Shown here: positions 26,901 to 29,898 of the stretch, piece by piece | Position numbering within the stretch: position 1 is the stretch's first letter | How the letters are laid out: the number at the start of each line of letters is the position of its first letter | From: Candidatus Micrarchaeota archaeon | Lineage (GTDB): Archaea > Iainarchaeota > Iainarchaeia > Iainarchaeales > JAGVWC01 | Direction of reading: 5' to 3' | Assembly (NCBI GenBank): GCA_043803815.1 | Contig: JAZDJR010000024.1 | Location: 1-29,898, forward strand | DNA: 29,898 nucleotides | Position numbers and translations under genes: made by a program | Notes under the pieces: model-generated | Databases searched by the model: none | What the model was told of the DNA's origin: nothing | The model's input: the letters and a program-made list of their open reading frames with translations, nothing else

Positions 26901-28300
26901 GTTCCAATCGCATTAAAATCCATGGTCAAATTACCATCGCGCGCAGACGAAAAAACGGGAAGCGCACCGGAAAAAGGATTATTATCCACTTTATTAATAG
27001 TGCTTGTGATGGTGTGCTGGGCACGCAACTGCATATCCCACAACTGGCTAATCGTAATAACATCCAAATTAGTCCCATTCGAATCCAAGGTCGCCAAAAA
27101 ATCGATGAACGAATTGAAATCACTGATGCTCCAGTCCATCGACGTATCGGCACCGGTTTTTAAGTTGTGAAAATTGAATACGCACACATCGTTCTGGTCC
27201 ACGCAATTCCAGACCCTGCCCTCAACTGTTGCAAGCGGAACTGGAAAGCCAACCGACACCCTGGGAAGGTAGTACGGGTCGCGCATGGGAAAATTATAAT
27301 CCGCCGTAGCCAAACTAGTGGCAGCCGTGCTGATAAAATCATCAATCGCGAATTTGATGGCGGTACTGGTCACGCCGCCAGGATACGCGTAATGCATCGA
27401 GGCCCGGGTCCAGCCGTTCCCGTCAATCAGGTTTTTGTTCTGGTTTATGTCCGCCACGGCATCCGAAACGGAAAGACCTGTCAAAGTGGTGGCGCCATGC
27501 GTTCCAATATCCCAGCCAGCATTGTACATTTCCTGGATTTGCGCAATAGACAGTTTACCGGTATCCCCTGGACTGTTTCCGGCGCTGTTCATAATCAAAA
27601 AACTGGTTCCCTTGAAACCCTTTTCAGCCATTTTTGGATAGGCCGCGGTATACTCTGAAACATAATCGTCATCGAATGTCAAGAGAATTTTGGCCCCAGT
27701 AAATTGCCTTTTGTAAAACTGGATTCTATCAAAGGTTATATTGAAGTCATTTCCACTGGCTGAAGCAGTTTGAATCCGGATTTGTCCAACCGAACTCATG
27801 CTCATCAAAGGACTGTTTTTGGAACAGGTGTCCATATTAATCCAGCCCACATGCTTTTGGTATTTGTCGAAAATATAGGAGTTAAGTGATGGTACCACAT
27901 ACGTCAAAAAACTGCAGGACCAATAAGCGCTAATATCGGTATTCGCGACAAAAATAGTAGGGCCGCTCGTGCTCTCGGAATTCTGGTCTGTATAATAATC
28001 AAAACGCAGAATATTGTAGGAGGAATCCAGTCCATAAAGGGCAGTAAAATTCTTTACCCGGCTGGCCTTGACGAGTGCCCCATTGGTTGTACCCAACCGG
28101 ACGCCGTACGAATCATTGGTGCGCGAAGAATTAGTATCCTCTTCCACCGAAGAACCAGCAGGCGTGACAGCAACCCATTTGCCGGTTCCCACGCCTTCAT
28201 TCATGTCGCTTACGGTCACGCGGTCATTGACAAGCGAAAAAGCGTTCATGCTGAGCACTAACAAAAAAAGCAAGACAAGAAAAATGTGGCAACGATTCAA
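23951..28300 (-). CDS. Large membrane-anchored surface protein: polysaccharide deacetylase (CE4/NodB-like) domain + Ig-like repeats + Cys-rich regions + C-terminal TM
   Basis: Signal peptide; ILLTFDDD, WDIGTHG, YAYPGG, FNFH; repeated D.T.P...D.AGN Ig-like units; C-terminal IVGIVIVVVLLLAGFFW + basic tail; RBS GAGGGA. Confidence 0.88.
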   Translation of the reverse strand: MNRCHIFLVLLFLLVLSMNAFSLVNDRVTVSDMNEGVGTGKWVAVTPAGSSVEEDTNSSRTNDSYGVRLGTTNGALVKASRVKNFTALYGLDSSYNILRFDYYTDQNSESTSGPTIFVANTDISAYWSCSFLTYVVPSLNSYIFDKYQKHVGWINMDTCSKNSPLMSMSSVGQIRIQTASASGNDFNITFDRIQFYKRQFTGAKILLTFDDDYVSEYTAAYPKMAEKGFKGTSFLIMNSAGNSPGDTGKLSIAQIQEMYNAGWDIGTHGATTLTGLSVSDAVADINQNKNLIDGNGWTRASMHYAYPGGVTSTAIKFAIDDFISTAATSLATADYNFPMRDPYYLPRVSVGFPVPLATVEGRVWNCVDQNDVCVFNFHNLKTGADTSMDWSISDFNSFIDFLATLDSNGTNLDVITISQLWDMQLRAQHTITSTINKVDNNPFSGALPVFSSARDGNLTMDFNAIGTYDQNFAVDFNYSANATYATGTSVFKDFNIVSGFFTCDDTNFLDSTHCAFDWNISNVADGNYYALLYFHNVAEGFKASDKNFMIDNTKPSTSWDGNIVWQKTDSNVHLTCVDATSGCLSTWYRLDTDSGSGISWGNWLAFDKNILVTLDGNRAIDFNSTDNAGNIGDTNTFYVLIDKTAPTISISSPANGSTQLGSTVNLSYSGSDENSGIRTYWVSSDGTTWVNNGTNTAYSFTSQTSGLHTYYVIANDNADNNSSTASVSLTVNLPPDVNLTRIDSYLDNQPLPVFSYARDGNLTIDFNVQDDTNNLLVDLNYSLSATQGTGTSIVRDLNLSSLSTSGPYHCQDTNFFDSTQCSIDWNISNIVDANYFLLISITDGNQTDFNSSDNNFMIDNTKPSTSWDGNITWQNHDANAHLTCVDATSGCSSTWYSLDTDSGSGISWGNWQAFDKNILVTSDGNWAIDFNSTDNAGNIGDTNTFYVLVDKTNPSVVADNNYAWQKTDANIHLTCSDAFSGCSTKYFRKDADSNLGVSYGAWTAYDTNIFFGTDGNYALDFNAVDNTGNWDDINTVYILVDKTAPLVSISSPVTGSTSTSSTVTIQYLGSDSNSGIARYWVAVDSNANSAFVNNGTNTNYSFTNQANGTHVYYMKATDNADNNSLDANVTVTVSVSSGNNNNTGGGGYPACFYYSGSDICTADENCSGGWLNAYDSVRCCSVTCTAISNPSGEPGSSEEPILSATKEYSADDSSGELLELPFVQELVRTGNQIALCSGNQFVRSVRVNPIKNAQGQIIGYKAFLDLNVTNSCNQKMKTARVFEEIPKSLLLDAAKIESLTAIEIVKADPIVAFSVGDLEPKESKTISYTFSKETLPTQEQLEQFKKPLLLFELEKVNSCEGKNCGDSNPCTVDYCRDGNCVFAFATNGTACPNGLCERGICQSVFQPQAPSSEPVTGGPVAPIVGIVIVVVLLLAGFFWLREKRKPKFK
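25447..26670 (-). repeat. Intragenic direct repeat, offset 924 bp (308 aa)
   Basis: About 25447-25745 and 26371-26670 share identical blocks, e.g. CCAGAAGTAGCATCCACACACGTCAAATGA at 25632 and 26556. Confidence 0.9.
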
Positions 28301-28431
28301 AGAAATTCCCTCAATTCAGGATAAATTTACCACAAACTTGAATTTAAGCGTTTTGATCGGAAACGCGCCCTGCTACCAAGCCTTTTTCTTCCTCCAAAAC
28401 AACCTTGTTCCAGATGAACACAATCCAAAAA

Positions 28432-28580
28432 CTGGAACTTTTCGTTAGCGTTGGATTTGCCATGCTTTTTCTTTTGTTTTGGCGGGTATTTTGTCGAGTA
28501 GTGTTTTGATTTGGTTTATGTCGTTTTTGTATTCGATTGGTTGTTTTGTTTGGTAGTTGTATAATTGAGTGGTTTGATTA
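28432..28580 (-). mobile_element. Probable 3' end of an interrupted IS (family uncertain)
   Basis: Start-less frame NQTTQLYNYQTKQPIEYKNDINQIKTLLDKIPAKTKEKAWQIQR* followed directly by CGAAAAGTTCCAG, an IS-end-like sequence; strong A/C skew on the minus strand; frame is cut at the IS5 left boundary. Confidence 0.4.
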
Positions 28581-29757
28581 ACCCTCTTGCGATAGGTATT
28601 TTTTCTTCCTCAGCGTTATTTGTGCAAAGTGATTTTTATGCGGAGGGAGAGAATGGTTTCTTTGGTTGGTTTTTCGTTGCGCCAAGCGCACAAGCGCGTT
28701 GAGCGCTTGGGCGACAGACTGATAGAGGTTGAAAAACTGGTGGACTGGGAGCGGTTTCGCCCCATTATTGCCAAACTGTATGCGGATGACCCGAAACTGG
28801 GTGGCCGGCCACACACCGACGAGGTTATTTTGGTGAAGTCGTTGGTTTTGCAGTCATGGTACAACCTGGCGGATGAGGAACTGGAATACCAGTTGGCAGA
28901 CCGGTTATCGTTCCAACGTTTTTTGGGTTTCCCAGAAAACATCCCTGACTATTCCACTATCTGGTATTGCAGGGAGCGCTTGACCAGTTCCAAACAGTTG
29001 GAAAAAATCTGGGTTGAACTCCAACGGCAACTTGATGCCAATGGTTTTGGTATCAAAAAAGGAGTCATTCAAGACGCAAGCATCGTGACCGCCGATGTTG
29101 GAAAGAAACGCCAGTACTTGGAAAAAAAGGCAGCCAAAGAAGGAAAGGTCATTACGTACAAGCCAAGGCAGATAGCGCACCAAGACCACGATGGTTCATA
29201 CACTGTCAAAAACGGACAAGTTGATTTTGGATACAAAATCCACCAAAAATGTGATGTGGAACGCGGGTTCATCCGAAGCATTGACGTGAGTACCGCGTCG
29301 TTGCATGACTCGCAAGTGGATTTATCCGAAAAAGAGGACGTTCGCATGTTTCGTGACAAAGGATACGCTGGAGTCCCACTCAAGCATGCGGGAGTAAAGG
29401 ACAAAACCATGCGAAAAGCCAATCGCGGTCAAGCGCTCACAAAAAAAGACAAGGACTACAACTTTCGCATTTCCAAAAAACGTTCTCGCGGAGAGCGACC
29501 ATTTTCAGTCATCAAACGCGTGTTTCACCGCGGCCATACCCTGCTCAAAAACCTGCTTCGAGTCACCGTTCAACAAGTCTTCAACGCGTTCGCCTACAAC
29601 GTGTACAACCTTGCCACGTATGCCAGAGGCTCATAGCCTCCGGCATCGACAAGCAACAAAAAAACAGGGAAAATCAAACGACAAACGGGTTTTGGCAGAC
29701 CAAAACCCGCCAAAACCAGTCAAAATTCAGCACATCTTAAAAAAACAAGGGATAATC
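28581..29757 (+). mobile_element. IS5-family element, right end apparently interrupted
   Basis: Candidate left end ACCCTCTTGCGATAG after TTA; transposase; right side ends ...GATAATC, then the IS3 end begins. Boundaries approximate. Confidence 0.65.
28653..29636 (+). CDS. IS5-family transposase (DUF772 + DDE)
   Basis: VDWERFR, GGRP, LQSWYNLAD..LE....DRLSFQRFLG, PDYSTIW, IQDASIV, FGYKIH, DKGY, RSRGERPF..IKR; RBS GGAGGGA before ATG 28653. Confidence 0.94.
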   Translation: MVSLVGFSLRQAHKRVERLGDRLIEVEKLVDWERFRPIIAKLYADDPKLGGRPHTDEVILVKSLVLQSWYNLADEELEYQLADRLSFQRFLGFPENIPDYSTIWYCRERLTSSKQLEKIWVELQRQLDANGFGIKKGVIQDASIVTADVGKKRQYLEKKAAKEGKVITYKPRQIAHQDHDGSYTVKNGQVDFGYKIHQKCDVERGFIRSIDVSTASLHDSQVDLSEKEDVRMFRDKGYAGVPLKHAGVKDKTMRKANRGQALTKKDKDYNFRISKKRSRGERPFSVIKRVFHRGHTLLKNLLRVTVQQVFNAFAYNVYNLATYARGS

Positions 29758-29898
29758 TGGAGTGAACCCCTTTTTTTGTGCTTGAAGTTAAGCACCGACC
29801 CCCTTTAATATTTTTTGTTCGAACTCGGCCGGTGGCTGGTAGCCAATAGCCGAGTGCAACCGTTTTTTGTTGTACACTTCCTCGATGAAATGCTCGAT
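29758..29898 (-). mobile_element. Right end of an IS3-family (IS150-like) element
   Basis: Terminal TGGAGTGAACCCC at 29758 (TG...CA type end) just after the transposase stop. Confidence 0.8.
29788..29898 (-). CDS. IS3-family transposase OrfB C-terminus (partial)
   Basis: IEHFIEEVYNKKRLHSAIGYQPPAEFEQKILKGVGA* carries the YN..R.HS.LGY..P..FE signature. Confidence 0.88.
   Translation of the reverse strand: MEHFIEEVYNKKRLHSAIGYQPPAEFEQKILKGVGA

Noticed and set aside
28477-29717. Inverted match GTTTTGGCGGGT.TTT.GTC / GAC.AAAACCCGCCAAAAC as long TIRs of the IS5 element
   Set aside because: Short match within low-complexity skewed sequence that does not extend; the left copy lies inside the outer ORF remnant.
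19732-29757. Composite transposon carrying the two surface genes
   Set aside because: The flanking IS elements have unrelated ends and transposases, and the first has its own TSD.
303-29808. Many antisense and alternate-frame ORFs in the track (e.g. 303-794, 5680-6489, 15554-16201, 23244-23729)
   Set aside because: Shadows of well-supported genes, with no motifs or initiation signals of their own.
1-29898. CRISPR array, tRNA or rRNA genes
   Set aside because: No regularly spaced repeats, cloverleaf with T-loop consensus, or rRNA signature was seen.

Overview
This window most likely comes from a DPANN-type archaeon, possibly Iainarchaeota/Diapherotrites. That is an inference from TATA-like promoters, GGAGG/GGTG ribosome-binding sites, a class III signal peptide (KGQ-SALEYLMTYGW), an archaeal-type ScpA and a PIP box on DinB. 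Bases 1-19.6 kb are a housekeeping mosaic: DEDD exonuclease, stand-alone ATP cone, trxB, methyltransferase, ZIP transporter, dinB, pyrBI, prs, 2H phosphoesterase, PPC protein, MarC, MscS, scpA, ahcY, an AbiE-type toxin-antitoxin pair, a PfkB kinase and adk. Bases 19.7-29.9 kb form a surface/mobile island. It holds a complete IS5-family element with 9-bp target duplication, a ~980-aa pilin-like adhesin, a 1449-aa membrane-anchored deacetylase/Ig-repeat protein with about 60 D-x-N motifs, and an apparent three-level nest of IS elements. Several intergenic gaps contain gene remnants not in the ORF track (bcp, pyrF, alpha/beta hydrolase, Trm5/TYW2-like tail). Both transposase starts, and a third candidate start at the left edge, sit in hairpins that sequester the RBS. 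No rRNA, tRNA, CRISPR array or reverse transcriptase was seen. All calls come from reading motifs by eye; no searches were run.
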